Source: Eledone cirrhosa (taxonomy: Eukaryota). Taken from it: 64,000 nt of DNA. The position numbers and the translations under genes were made by a program. The stretch's first letter is position 1, and each line of letters begins with the position of its first letter. The notes below the pieces were generated by a model, which saw nothing but the letters and a program-made list of their open reading frames with translations, searched no databases and had not been told where the DNA came from. The stretch spans positions 95,170,001 to 95,234,000 of the forward strand of contig OZ024741.1 in NCBI GenBank assembly GCA_964016885.1. Reading direction: 5' to 3'. Shown piece after piece: positions 27,085 through 39,699 of the stretch.

Positions 27085-27436
27085 CCCCAGTGATGGTGCC
27101 ATGATAAAAATACACCCAGTTCACTTTGTAAAGTGGTAGTGCTGGTGCAATGAAGAAAAACATCTAGTCTGCACTGTAAGGCAGTAGTGCTGGTTCCACA
27201 ACAAAAGCATCCAGTCTACCCTGTAAGGTGGTAGTGTTGGAGTCATGATAAAATATTGCCAATACCTGCTGTAAAGTGGTTGAAGTTAGGAAGGGCATCC
27301 ATCCATAGAAATCTAGCCAAAAATGGAATATACCAGCAGGACATGGTCACCTGACTAGTCTAGCCTCAAAACGTGACAACCCATCTAACTCATACATGCC
27401 TGGAAAATAGGTGTTAAATGGTAGTGGTGATAATGA
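27085..27436 (+). mobile_element. SINE-like family C with internal tandem units
   Basis: Repeated AAAACATCCAGTC..CTGTAAGGTGG units, then TTAGGAAGGGCATCC and a GTTAAATG(GT/GAT)n tail. Confidence 0.75.
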
Positions 27437-27595
27437 TAATTGTTTCTACTTTTGGCACAGCAATTATGCCAGTATATTACTGGTACTTTATTTTATCGAC
27501 CCCGTAAGGATGAAAGGCAAAATTTACCTTGGCAGAATTTGGATAATGATAATTGTTTCTACTTTAGGCACAAGGCCAGCAATTACCCAGTACAT
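27437..27595 (-). mobile_element. Two truncated SINE family A 3' ends in tandem
   Basis: AATTGTTTCTACTTT..GGCAC occurs twice, with the TTTATCGACCCCGTAAGGATGAAAGGCAAA core. Confidence 0.8.
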
Positions 27596-27730
27596 AGCGA
27601 TAGATATGTTTATAACTGCCCACCCACTCCCCAATCATCCTTTGTATTTCTAGGACAGGATGGGTGGGGTGATAACTGGATAAGTTTAATTTGAATGCTA
27701 AATGACGAAGGTAGTCATTGTTCTCTTTCT

Positions 27731-27822
27731 TGACATTTGTATATTATTCTATGTATTATACATGCACCTTTGATGAGTTGTAGTGCACTTGAGCACTGTA
27801 TACAATAATTTCCATTATTATT
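27731..27822 (+). mobile_element. Solo 3' UTR of the same CR1/L2-group LINE family
   Basis: TGACATTTGT..TTATTCTATGTA...GAGTTGTAGTGCACTTGAGCACT...ACAATAATTTCCATTATT matches 26738-26815. Confidence 0.85.
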
Positions 27823-28011
27823 TTTATATTGTTGGGAACTTCTATATAAAAATAAGTTCTTTATGCAGACTGGGTTGAATATTTAAAAAGTTTGTTTTGC
27901 ATTTATAAGATTCAAGATTTGATCTCACTTCATGGAAACTTGGGTATATGTTTGTTACCATAGTCTCTGGTTGAACCAAACTTGTGTGAAAACCCATGTT
28001 ATGAACAATAC

Positions 28012-28200
28012 CAGGGCGGTGGATTGGCACTATCGGTAGAGAGTCGGACGCCATGCTCTCCAGCATAGTTACGTCCCTTTACGGTCTGAGTTCAAATCCC
28101 GCCGAGGTTCACTTTGCCTTTCATCCTTACGGGGTCGATAAAATAGAGTACCAGTAATGTACTGGGTAATTGCTGGCCTTGTGCCAAAAAAGTAGAAACA
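28012..28200 (+). mobile_element. SINE family A, full length
   Basis: Close match to the 17012 copy; perfect 14-bp TSD GTTATGAACAATAC. Confidence 0.92.
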
Positions 28201-28464
28201 GTTATGAACAATACTTTTAATTCAAGAGGACAGCTTTGTCATACACTGTGTAATTCTGATTCTTCCTAAAGATTATATTTTAGATGCAAGTATCTGGAAT
28301 ACTTGAATATTTGCACTATAATTGAATGAGTAGTGTACCTATTTTAAACTAGGTTCACACAGTCATCCATATATATGTATACAAAATGTAAACTGAAAAC
28401 AACGCGCCAAATGATACAGTACTATGGAGATATATATTAATTTAACGTTTGATATAGTAGGAAA

Positions 28465-28508
28465 AGAGTATTAACGTTTCAGACGTGAGTCCCTCATCAG
28501 AAATTAGA
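28465..28508 (-). ncRNA. Minimal type I hammerhead ribozyme motif (Penelope-like element remnant)
   Basis: Minus strand: UU-CUGAUGA-G-GGAC-UCAC-GUCU-GAAA-CG-UU-AA; intact core with palindromic ACGU at stem III. Confidence 0.65.
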
Positions 28509-29723
28509 GTGAGAAGACAAAGAAACAGGAAGAAAAAACATGCATGTTTTTCAGTTAGCCATATTGGTGAAGTGCTGGTCAGAATGTATCTTAGATTATA
28601 GTACAATATATTATTGGTATTTATTTTATCAATCCAGAAAGAATGAAAGCAGAATTTATCATAAAGAAATTTGAACACAAAATATGAAGCAACAAACTAT
28701 TTCAGTTCTTGCCCTCTTCTCTTATAATAATGATTTCTAATTTAGGCACAAGATCAGCAATTTGAGAAAAAGGAATGTCAATTTAATCGACCCCAGCATT
28801 GGTACTTTATTTTATTGTCTCCCCCAGAATGATGAAAGGTAAAGTTGAATCTAGAATGTAAAGACAATTATGGTACAACTAATTAAAACACTAAAGAATT
28901 TTGTACACAAATCACAATTTATTTCGAAATACTTTCACCATTCAGCATTATTAATTGTAGAATAGAATTTTATGCAGATGTATGTGTTTTCAGACATATC
29001 TGCATTATGTTTTGTTGTTTTGATTATTAAAAAAAATTTAATGGATTAGTTTAGTTCTAAATTGATTTTTCAATTTTAGTTAAAGTAAAATTTCATGTGA
29101 ATTTTATGAGAAAAGATTTGTACAAAAATTGATTTTTTTTTTTCTTTTAACTAGGCATAAGGCCAACCTTTGTAGCAGTGTGGTATAATCAATTAAATTA
29201 GTCTACTATTTATTGTATTGACTCCAAAGTCTGTCTTGGAAGGATTTGAACTCCTCTGAACAAGGCACTAAAAAGATTTCTGTAATATTTTTGCTCTTTT
29301 ATTTGCTAAAAATTCTTATTTATATCTGGTTGAAAAATAAATGCTTATGGAACTGAGATTCAAAGAAGAATTTTAAAAAAGAAAGAAAAAAAGATATTAA
29401 GAAATGTGTAATGTAGTAGTCTAAATCTATTTAATTCATTCTTTACCATATTTCTAATGAAAGATACTGCCTATGTGTTTTAAATAATTTTGAAAATAAT
29501 CAAGAATCTAGAGGTATAACTTTCTAATTATTAAATTTATGTTTGAATTATGATGTATGGTTTTAGGGTTATTTGATATCAAAAGAGTTAGCTTATCTAA
29601 GAATTAAGATATTTAAAATGAAAAATCAAGACAAAAATGATAGTTTATATATTATATTTAATGGAATTAAAATTTACCTTTGGCATAGCTGTATACATAC
29701 AAATATGTAAATTTAAAAAAATA

Positions 29724-29989
29724 TATATCTAAAGATATACAGTATGTTTAATAAATTAAATATTTTGAAAGCCTACCTATGAATATTGAAAGGCTGATGG
29801 CTAGCACCATCTAATGGATTCCAGCATAAGCAGCCGGGGCTAACTGTCTATGTGCATTTCAAGCTCTGGCTCTCATCAGGACAGTACTTTCTCTGCTGGA
29901 ACTTGAAACAGGCAAAAATATATAGTTTTTTCACCTGCTAGGCTTTCCAAATGTTTGTTTATTAAACATACTGTATATCTTTAGATATA
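29724..29989. mobile_element. Fold-back/MITE-like element with ~50-bp inverted termini
   Basis: TATATCTAAAGATATACAGTATGTTTAATAAA is perfectly inverted at the right end, and the match continues to GAAAGCCT/AGGCTTTC. Confidence 0.8.
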
Positions 29990-30214
29990 CAAAATTCACA
30001 TACTTATATTTAATGTTTTCTATGAACTATAAAGATTTAATTTCTTGTTTAGATCTTTAACTTTTATGGTTTATTGAAGCTCATATAAGATCTTTACAGC
30101 TCTGGGCAGTAAACCTGTAGGTGACCATTTACCAGTTGTCTTAGTGCTTTACCCAAGAGTTCAACCTACACTTACCATCTAGTTTTAACGAAGTAAAATT
30201 AATATTAAGTTTAA

Positions 30215-30453
30215 CCCTTTTGATAGCAAACTGGCTGAAACCACTCTAAGTTCTATTATATAAAACTGTTATTTTAAAGTGTTTATATTTATTTAAAAAC
30301 TTTCCTTCATAATTTTATGTAAGAACCTTTGCTAAGCTATGTTCCAAACTCCAACTTAACGATAAGAAAGTTATTTTATTAAATCTCTCTAAATTCTTTA
30401 TTTTCAAAATTGTTTGAAAAATCCTAAGCAATGTTTTTCATTAAAAATATGGT
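30215..30453 (+). mobile_element. piggyBac-type MITE, family P1
   Basis: TTAA|CCCTTTTGATAGCAAAC...; interior similar to the 12379 and 22227 copies. Confidence 0.7.
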
Positions 30454-31199
30454 TTAACAGTTTTAACCATCTAAACTTAGTACTATGTTTAAAGAGATAA
30501 TACAGTCTGTGAAGAGTAGCAAATCCTACAAGTGATTCTATATTCTTATACTTTATATAATTGGCCATTGTGGTTCCTATACGTATGATGTACACACTTC
30601 AAATAGAAGATTTTTTCAGTTCGATCCAATAATACTCTTTGGGCTTCAAGCCTATTCTATTTCTCAGTATTTGAAGTGCTGCATTGCCAAAATAATAAAT
30701 ATCTGGAGCTGAGCCAATATACCATGTTTGATACACTCAATGATTTCAATACAAAAGAACTGATAAGTGTATTAAGTAGATTTCTAATTATTTTCTTAAC
30801 TGTTGAGAGGAGCAAAATGTTATTTTTTTTTCTTTATTATAACAAAATCTCACATAGAGCTCTAATCTACAGGAACTAAACATTCTTATATGTTGAGATG
30901 GATTAATTAATTTTGCTGAACGTAAATGGTAAACTGTGAAGAAGCATAACTATAATAAATGTTTGGAAAAAGATCAATGCTTTCCTTATAATGTTAAAAA
31001 GAAAGGGAAAAAAAAGAGTGAGAAAAGGAGAAAGTTGAGTCGATGCTAAATTTTAGGAGTTGTGTCCCTTTCTGTAGTAAATTGTAAAGTAGACATGTCA
31101 GAATAGTAAATGCCAAAACGAATGTTAAGGTTGCCTCACTATAGCGACTAATATATATATATGTATGTACACACACACGCACACACTCTTTCTCTCTCT

Positions 31200-31309
31200 C
31201 AAGGTGTTCCAAAAAACTGTATACACACTTCGATTATCCTACACAGGCTATATTTATTAGAATGCTTGTTGAAGTGTGTATACATTGGGGGGGGGGGGGG
31301 GGGGGGCAC

Positions 31310-31311
<2 letters not shown>
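31200..31311. mobile_element. Tc1/mariner-type mini-MITE with expanded poly-G
   Basis: TGTATACACACTTC / GAAGTGTGTATACA inverted arms; related to the 14732 copy. Confidence 0.6.
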
Positions 31312-31343
<32 letters not shown>

Positions 31344-31634
31344 CGTGCGTGAGAGAAATGCATGCAGGATGATATGGAATACACACTCCATAGACATACT
31401 CCTGAAGTCACTTTGTCAGTTTGAATTAGTAATGTTCCTGTTAAGAATTTAAATTTTATTTGGATGCTGCTAATAACAATAATAATGAACATTTCCCTTT
31501 AAAATATGCTGTTTCTTCAGCCTATTTTCAGGCTGGTAGGGGGGGGGGGGGGGGGCAGAGTACATAAAAAAAATGTTTTCAGTACACTCTTGGGATGTCT
31601 AGCTGGATGAATGACGTTGGTTTGGGTGAACAGA

Positions 31635-31860
31635 ACCTGGCTGCATGGTTAAGTAGTTCACTTCATAGTCATGAAGATTTGAGTTCAACCCCAATGCATG
31701 GCATATTTAGCAAGTGTCTTTTACCATAGCATCAGGTTAACTCCAGCTCGGTGTTTGAAATGAGCTAGACAGAAACTGTTAGGAAACCCATAGGATGTAT
31801 TGAACCTGTAATTCAAAGGGCCACACTGTAAGATAAAATGGTATTGTAGTTTGCTTGAAA
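31635..31860 (+). mobile_element. Old tRNA-derived SINE
   Basis: TGGTTAAG...GAGTTCAACCCC...AGCAAGTGTCTT...CCTGTAATTCAAAGGGCC; relatives at 17480, 33095 and 34710. Confidence 0.6.
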
Positions 31861-32158
31861 CATTGTATAAAGTGTAGAAAATAGTGTTAAGTTTGAAAGC
31901 TAGCACAATATGAATTGGACAGTAAATGTTAAAAATATGATAACAATGATGTCAAGATGTTACCTTGTAGTTCTGTATAGGTCCTTATATTTTGGTATAA
32001 AATCCCTTCATCAAAAGATAAATAGAAGAATCTAGTTCAGAGCTCTAACACCCCAATTTCAATCTTATATTTTTAACATTGCCATCCAATTTACATTGTG
32101 GAACTTGCAAACAAAACACTATTTGTTGTTTTGTTTTTGAAAAGTGGTTTATCTATGA

Positions 32159-32703
32159 CTAGTTGACGTACCCAGCTTTGCCTGGATAAACAGATAAGAG
32201 AAGACTGGTAGAGGAGAAAACAACTGTATTGGATGTGTTGTCTGGTTTACAGCACAAGGCAATACCGTGGTCTGTGTGCCCCCCCCCCCCCCCCCCCAGT
32301 AATAAAAAAATGTTTCAGACACATATTTGTGCAGAGTATATGAAGATTTCTAGGTGTTTCCACTTGTGAACAACCTACATATTCTACCATGGGTAAAAAC
32401 TGATTCTCTCATATTGAATCCGACAACTTTGAGACTCAGACACTGAACTTTATTTATGGGCAATAGCAAAACTAGTTCTAACAGGGAACTGAAGTCTTGA
32501 GAATTTGAATGGTAGCTTGGTAGAGGAAGGGATGTGAGGAATCTTGTGAATAGATGCATTTTCTCCTTGATTGCCTTCAAGAATAGTGACCTAGGAGATG
32601 GTTCAATATCCGACTGGCTGTTAAGCATGTGCCATTGCACAGACGTAGGTCCAGGTTTCTCCAAAGGATGATGGGAGTTCCACTCTTTTATATTATATAT
32701 AGA
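32159..32703 (-). mobile_element. Non-autonomous Helitron
   Basis: Minus strand A|TCTATATATAATATAAAAG...ATCCAG-GCAAAG-CTGGGT-ACGTCAA-CTAG|T: 5' TC, subterminal hairpin, 3' CTAG, AT target, no TSD. Confidence 0.8.
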
Positions 32704-33094
32704 TAATTATATATAAATGTGTGTGTGTGTAAACCAGCGTTTGAATCCACTGAATCCCTTATGGTTGTCTCCCAACCTGCTAGAAATATCAGTCGCAGGT
32801 TAGCATATCCGGGATGTCTTTTTTTTTTTTTATGTTACCTTTCTAGGTATACTCTTATTCTATTGGTGTACTTACTTTTTGATTGACACTTTTCGCTTTT
32901 GTGTGATGCGCGAATACACCAACCAACAAACATCTCTCTTTTATATTATATATAGATTTGGATGGCACTTTGTTTTAAATGTGATTTATGTGTGTGGTAG
33001 TAGTTGTAGTAATAGTAATGGTGGTAGTAGTAGCTTCTTCATGAAAAGTAGTGAAAGCAGAAGATTGAGAAGTATGTAAAATATTAGAGGTGGA

Positions 33095-33430
33095 CGTAGC
33101 ATGGCCAAATAGTTAAGTTTGCTTCACAATTATCATATCCTGGGTTCAATCCCGCTGCAAGGCATATTGAGCAAGTGTCATTTATCAGAACATCCAGTCT
33201 GGTTGACCCTTGCTTTAGGATTAAAATTGTTTGGAAGCTTGTCAGATAGACTGTACCTGTAATTCAAAGAGCCAGCCTTGTCACACACGGTGGCATGCTG
33301 CATCTCTCTGAGAATGCCATTAAAGATAATGGTGTCTACGGAATACTCAGCCACTCACATGCTAATTTAACCAGCAGACAGTTGCATTGATCAAACAACT
33401 GGAACACTCATTGTTGAAACTGACCAAGGT
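33095..33430 (+). mobile_element. Old tRNA-derived SINE
   Basis: GTAGCATGGCC...GGGTTCAATCCC...GAGCAAGTGTC; 3' part shared with 15650-15780 and 17620-17715. Confidence 0.6.
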
Positions 33431-33457
33431 CCATTGGAATGATGGAGATAGACTAAT

Positions 33458-33647
33458 TGTTTCTACTTTTGGTGCAAGGCCAGCAATTATCCCAGTGCAT
33501 TACTGGTACTTTATTTTATCGACCCTGTAAGGATGACAGGCAAAGTTAACATCAGCAAGATTTGAACTCAGACTGTAAAAGGCCGTAACTCTACGCTGCA
33601 AAGCATGGCGTCCGACCCTCTATCAATACTTCTAATCCACCACCCTT
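33458..33647 (-). mobile_element. SINE family A, full length
   Basis: Reverse complement of the family A consensus; 16-bp TSD ATGGAGATAGACTAAT. Confidence 0.9.
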
Positions 33648-34003
33648 ATGGAGATAGACTAATGTCTAGTGATGATGTCTGTTTTCATTGTATGGAGATG
33701 ATGAGAATAGATTGTATGTTCTTTCTAAGAAAACCTTGTAAGTTGCTGTTGTTGGTTTTTATGCCAGCACAAGTTAAGTAGACTTATGATAAAAAAAATC
33801 ATTGCACCTATTCCTATTCTGTTTTTACCTCATGTGTAGAGAAGCTAGGATCATATTATCCAAGGTGTAATTTTCTAAGAAGGTATGGTTTGATGTGAAG
33901 GAGATTTGGCTTCTATTTCTAACAGGTAAATGACTACATAGAGGCTTCCCTAGCTCATGCAGCTCTCTTATTACTTTGGTTTTCAAGTTGATGATTGATG
34001 GTA

Positions 34004-34194
34004 CAAGGGTTGGCTGAAAAGTACATTGGCTGACTATGAAGGAATGATGCTAGAGCTGTGAAATCTTGTATGCATTAATTTCAACTATTCTTATTAATAA
34101 CTGCATTGTCTTTTTCCATGTTGAAAAATAAACCTCATTTGGTCTTTCCACAAGAATATCTTAGTCAGCCTATGAATTTTTCAGCTGACCCTTG
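34004..34194. mobile_element. Mariner-type MITE
   Basis: TA|CAAGGGTTGGCTGAAAAGTACATTGGCTGACT ... AGTCAGCCTATGAATTTTTCAGCTGACCCTTG|TA (32-bp imperfect TIR). Confidence 0.85.
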
Positions 34195-34269
34195 TAGCTA
34201 TATTAAAGTTAAGCCAAACATTATGTACTATATTCAGTTAGAAGTTGTGCATGACAACACCAAGAACAA

Positions 34270-34540
34270 TAACAAACATTTTAAGGTCATTTTCGCTGCT
34301 ACAGTAGGTGTTACCCTTGCAGGCCCCATGATAAGCTTCTCCATTTTTCCCTATCAATTACATCTCCTCTGACTTTCAATTCTTCCTCCATCGTCTCTAA
34401 CTATGTCTTTCTTGGTCTTCTCCTTTTTCAACTTCTTTCTTCAGCACATGACCTGACAATCTCATTCTATTTTCCTTCACTGGCTCACTTCCCATCATCC
34501 TTGACAATTCATTGTTTGTCTCTCTATGCTCATCCGCCAA
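34270..34540 (-). mobile_element. Decayed RTE-clade LINE 3' end
   Basis: Minus strand encodes NRMRLSGHVL and GRPRKT motifs; nucleotide similarity to 61460-61640. Confidence 0.6.
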
Positions 34541-35035
34541 ATGATAAATTTGTAAAAATTAGGGTTAATCAGAGAGAAATAAGCTATTTAATATACCTAA
34601 CCAATTAATTATAGAGATATGTTCCAAGATATCTCAGCATTTCTCTAAGGCAGAAATTTTCAACCAAAAATATTGTAATATTTAATTTATATTGAAATAT
34701 TGTAATTTAGGATTCAATCCCATTTTATGGCACATCAAGCAAGTGTCTTCTAATGTAGCCTTGGGATGACTGAACCTTTGAGTGAAATTCAGTAGACAAA
34801 AACTGTATGGAGCTCTGTCAGAGGCACCATTCCTGTTTTGGGTTAGTCACTTAATCTGTTGCCCAGTTTAACACCACCACCTTTTGCTGTCTAATCTGTT
34901 GCAAGAATTTGGTTTAGATCTTTAGCTTAAAGATTACTTCTTTTTTTCTTCCAACCATTCATGGTAGCTATGAAAAGAGAAAAAGAGTCATGAATGTTGC
35001 TAGTTCTACTTTGATTAAACTGTTAAAAATTGAAA

Positions 35036-35050
35036 ACACACACACACACG

Positions 35051-35087
<37 letters not shown>

Positions 35088-35138
35088 GCACGCACACACA
35101 CACACACACAGACACAGAGACAGACAGACAGACAGACA
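35036..35138. repeat. (CA)n/(CAGA)n compound microsatellite
   Basis: Direct inspection. Confidence 0.95.
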
Positions 35139-37882
35139 TTGCAGCAAATTTCCTAGATCTCTGAAGTTTGGGGATTAGAAAATAATCAGTTCTCAAATTA
35201 AAATTTTGAAAGGTTAAAATTACAACGTTAATGCAAAAATAAACCAATTAGAGTGCTTGTTTAAAAAATAGTTTGACATTTATTGATCCACAGTTCAAGC
35301 TTGTTAGGTGTTTTAATTTAGCTTAGTGATACATTCTGTTGACTATATATTACGTTTAGCATGCTGAGAGTTGAAATGGCTAAATAGTTGTGTTTGTTAT
35401 CAAAACTCTTACTTACTCAGTAATGAATTGGCACCTATTCCAGGCTTTATTGCTGGGGATAGAGAGCTTCAGAACATTCGTGGGTACTCTAATTAACAAA
35501 GGTCGTATTTCAGGACATTTTATATTAAGTATATTTTTTAAACTTAAAGGTGCATCATTAAAAAGTAGGGAGGCAATGCCATTCACTGAACCCGCATCCC
35601 TACCCACTAGATTCTGGCTCGATCTTTCCTTAGATAGGAAAATATACTAATTTATAAATATTCCAAAGATTCTTAATGAAATCCTTACATCTCAATCTAT
35701 TTGTGTAAAATTTGGAAAAGTGTGCGAATTCATGTTGATATTTGCATTTCATTTGTCATGTAACTTTTGCAGACAGTCTCCACTCATAAGCATACACACT
35801 TTAGGTCAATATGAACCATAGCAGCACTTCTAACCATTTCTGAATGTTGATAGTCATAGTAAATGTACTGACCAAGGAAACCACTGAATAACAGGATAGA
35901 TGTATCTTAAATTTAAAATTAGATGAAGATTTGCTCTAAAATATGTGTAGATACAGAGGTTAACGTTAACTGTAGCTGCCAGTTCCTGGAGCAGAGCGGA
36001 CTTAAACTGAATTTTAGGTGAGTAATTTCAATGAATGTAGTGTCAACCTTTTATTTTTATACTTGACTGTATTTGGTGGTGCCAGTTCCAGAATGAGGGC
36101 ATGTGGGAGGAAATTTGTTTGGCAGAGGTGATAAAGTTACATACAACATATGGAGCAACTTTTTAGGCCAGTGGAAGTTCAACTCTAGCTGTCCATGACT
36201 GGTTGATGGTCTCTATGTAAGATGTTTGTCGTCACTGATCTTGGTCAGCCTCTGTTTGCCATATGTTCCACCAGTAGGAACTTGCTCAATCGTTTCTGAG
36301 TACATGTAAAGAAAGTACAACATATATGTGTATGCAGCCAACAAGTTAAGACCATGAATAGAAGGGAAATAGACAAAAATAATTTTTGATATATGTGTGT
36401 TTTGTTTGTCATGTCTAACTTGATAACATCACCTGAAAATGTGACAAAAATATTTGGTTCACATATTAAAGAAATTCTGCTTTTAGGAGTGTGAGAGCCT
36501 GTATTTCAGAAAGGCTATGTGTGGAAAAGTGCGCAAGTTGGGTGCATGGGGATTAAATGTAATGGAGTTGGTTGGATGAAGGATTTCAATTCACTAATAT
36601 TCTATAAAAAAAAAAAAAATTGTTGGAGCAGTGATCATAATAAGTAGTAGTGAAAAGACTGCAAGCTTCAGTAAATAGAGGGAAGTTAGTGAGCCAAGAG
36701 CTTAGCTTTAGATAAATGATATGCAGTTTAATCACTTTCAAGTTTCAGGGAAGAAATACAACTTAAAAAGAGTTTTCTTTACATAGGCGAGTTAAAAAAA
36801 TTATCCTAGACTTTAAAAGGTATATTTTATATGTAAAAATCATAAACATATTAGTAATGGATGGAAACTATACCATTTATATATATTAGAAGTAGGCTTG
36901 TTACTTTGGTTGAGTTTGAATTCATGCTTCATAAAAAAACGATTGTATTGTATCTAAGAGCATTGTACAGTCTTTTATTTATGGTTTTTGACTGCAGCAT
37001 TCTTTGTATATGGGCTGCTTGAATTGTTAAGTAGGGCAGTAAGGTAGTTTACAGCCATACTTCCAGAAATCCACTACTCTCACTAATGTTATTTTACAAT
37101 CAAAACTATTTACATGTCTCTCCCTACCTCCACTCTCTCTCTCCACGAGGCTGCTTTTTCAAAGTTATATAATCTAGTGTTTCTTTTTTTTTTTTGGCAA
37201 CCTATTTTTCAATGACATAAACATGACTCCAAGCCCTATATTTTAATATGTGGCACTTCTGGTCCATTTTCCTTTAGAACTTTATTTCATCAATGCTCCC
37301 AGCTTATAGGCTCTGAAAAAAAAAAGATTATTATTGAATAGAGAAAGTACTTTTAGTGAGTCTGTATGTGAAATAACTTTAGAGTTTTCCACAACCTTCA
37401 CAAAATTCATAGGAGTGCATTTTACTGAACCTTATTCTACCTATGGTACCTATTTATACAGGATTAAGTCCTTTTGAGGTCCTAAGCACTTAAAAAGTCT
37501 GTAAATTTTATTTTTGTTGTGAGCGACAAATTTAATCTGAATAGTGTAGTGTTCTTCTCTTGATGCCGTAAATATATACTTATTTTGTATAAGGATTAGC
37601 CCAGTCATGTATTTACAGCTATGTAAATTTTGGCAGTGAGAATTAAATATTTTGATGAGGGACACAGCACACTATGTGAGAAGGTGATACAAACTATCAA
37701 CTTTTTAGATCTTATTGATTCAGTTATCTATCTACATCCCTATATTATAGATTAGTGTTGTAGATTTTATGATCTGGTACTCTTAGATAATCTTAGTAAC
37801 ATCCTAAGCTGCCACAGTACCCTAATTATGCAACACTGATGTAATTTAATAAGGATTACAAATTAAAATACTTACAATAAAG

Positions 37883-38158
37883 CTTTGGTCTCAAATACGT
37901 GGCCTGCAGGCCACAAACTACTTTTCTATGGCCCATGGCGGAACAAAGGAAAAGTTGAAATGGAAAATGTGTTCCCTTATATTGTACTAATTCACATATC
38001 CCACTTGCTGTCATATGTGTATTCATTTTGATGAAAAAAAAAAAAAAATAGTAGCTTATCAGCTGTAATGCAGTCCCATCCTCATCTCACTTTTGGCCCA
38101 CAATGCCTCTCCCCCAAGATCTAATGGCCCTTTTAAGACTTTGAGTTTGAGACCCCTG
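37883..38158. mobile_element. hAT-type MITE
   Basis: Right end GTTTGAGACCCCTG, left end CTTTGGTCTCAAAT; flanks CAATAAAG/CTCTAAAG; internal TGGCCC motifs. Confidence 0.65.
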
Positions 38159-38419
38159 CTCTAAAGTGTTATTTGTGCGATTGTCAATATTTAAAATATT
38201 TAGGGCACTAGACTATTTCTTCTGCGTAGTATTTTGTTGTATTGTAGTTTCAAATCTCACCAAGCTTGACTCAAACATTCATTAATTCAATTTATCATTT
38301 AGAAAGAAGTGTGTGTGTGTATGGTTGGGGTGGGGAGGTGGTGTAAAAATAACAGAGCTTTTTACATTTTTTAGGGGGGGGGGGTTAATTTCATATTTCT
38401 GCTGGAGTCCATACTATTT

Positions 38420-38708
38420 TCCTTCCTCAAGGTGGTCATTCTAATGTCATGAAAAAAAAAATAAGCATCCAGTCCACTCTGTAAGGTGGTAGTGATGGTG
38501 CCATGAAAAAAAAGCTCCTGTACATGCTGTAAAGTGGTTGGCATTTGGAAGGACATTCCAACTATAGAAATCCAAGCCAAAAAGTGTTTGTATGAGCAAG
38601 ACATGTTCACCTGACATGTCTAGCTTCACAGCATGATAAGTTGTCTAACTCATGCAAGCATGTAAAATAGACAATAAATGGTGATGATCATGATGATCAT
38701 GATGATCA
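38420..38708 (+). mobile_element. SINE-like family C
   Basis: AGCATCCAGTCCACTCTGTAAGGTGG unit and a (GAT/GATC)n tail. Confidence 0.7.
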
Positions 38709-39074
38709 CATTGATCAGTCAAAATAAAACTATTAATAGTGCACTTTGTTCATTAAAAGCAATTATAGAAAAAAGAGAATTTTTCTTTATCATTTGGTCC
38801 TCATAGCATAAAACACATACAAACCTTTTTCTTCTTTTTTTTCCTAAAGTAAAAATTAAAATGATTTTACACCAAATCCTGTTTTAAATTTTATCCAGAA
38901 AATGGAATTTGAGTTTTCAAAGGAAAAGAGAATTCACAAAGTAAATTCTTTTTCTTATTATTTTGCAAGAACACAGAAGAGAAAGCTATTTCACAGAGAT
39001 GTAGCTTTTGCAATGAAAAACTGTACCTAAATTTTAGTGCATGTGTGTCTTCAATTTGACTGAAATAATATTTG

Positions 39075-39315
39075 CCAATACAAGTGGCCAAAATGGGATT
39101 CCTCCAAAGGGTTTTTAGAGTAACATTACTCAATAAAGTGCATAGCTTGGAGATCAGTGAGCCACTCCATATAGAGATCACAGCTCCAATACTATGGACA
39201 TGTGGTTAGAATGTCTCCATGAGCTTGGAGACGGTTGCTTCTGACAGGAAGTGTTTGAGGACTCTACCTGACAGGGAGTGTTTGAGGACTCTACCTCCAA
39301 GGCCCTCTCAGGAAT
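39075..39315 (+). mobile_element. Decayed RTE (Expander-like) LINE 3' fragment with a 27-bp tandem duplication
   Basis: IQVAKMGFLQRVFRVTLLNKVHSLEI...SQLQYYGHVVRM; CTGACAGGRAGTGTTTGAGGACTCTAC twice at 39241-39294. Confidence 0.65.
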
Positions 39316-39699
39316 AAGTGGGCAAAGAAGAGCTGTGTGTGTGTGTGGGGGGGGGTAGAGATAAAATACATAAAGTGGGTATGTTAAAGAAATTCCTTTA
39401 TACAACACAAAAACTAGTCATTACTAATATAATTTCACTGATGATGATGACTGTTGCATAAGTGGTAAAGTACTAGACTAAACTCCTTGTAATATTTAGT
39501 TATCTTCTGAATTTTAAAGAGTTATATCTTTGTCTTCCATCAGTACTAGGCAATTTGTTTACTGAAATTGATTTAATGATATATGCCTTTTTTATTTGTG
39601 TACTTTGACCATCTCTGCCATCAACACCACTACCATCACCACCACTGCCACCACACCACCACCATCAGCAACTCCTCTGTTACCACTATAACCACCACT

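Noticed and set aside
31287-32297. Long poly-G/poly-C runs as functional G4 elements
   Set aside because: Homopolymers of this kind are scattered throughout the window and their lengths are error-prone; nothing links them to function.
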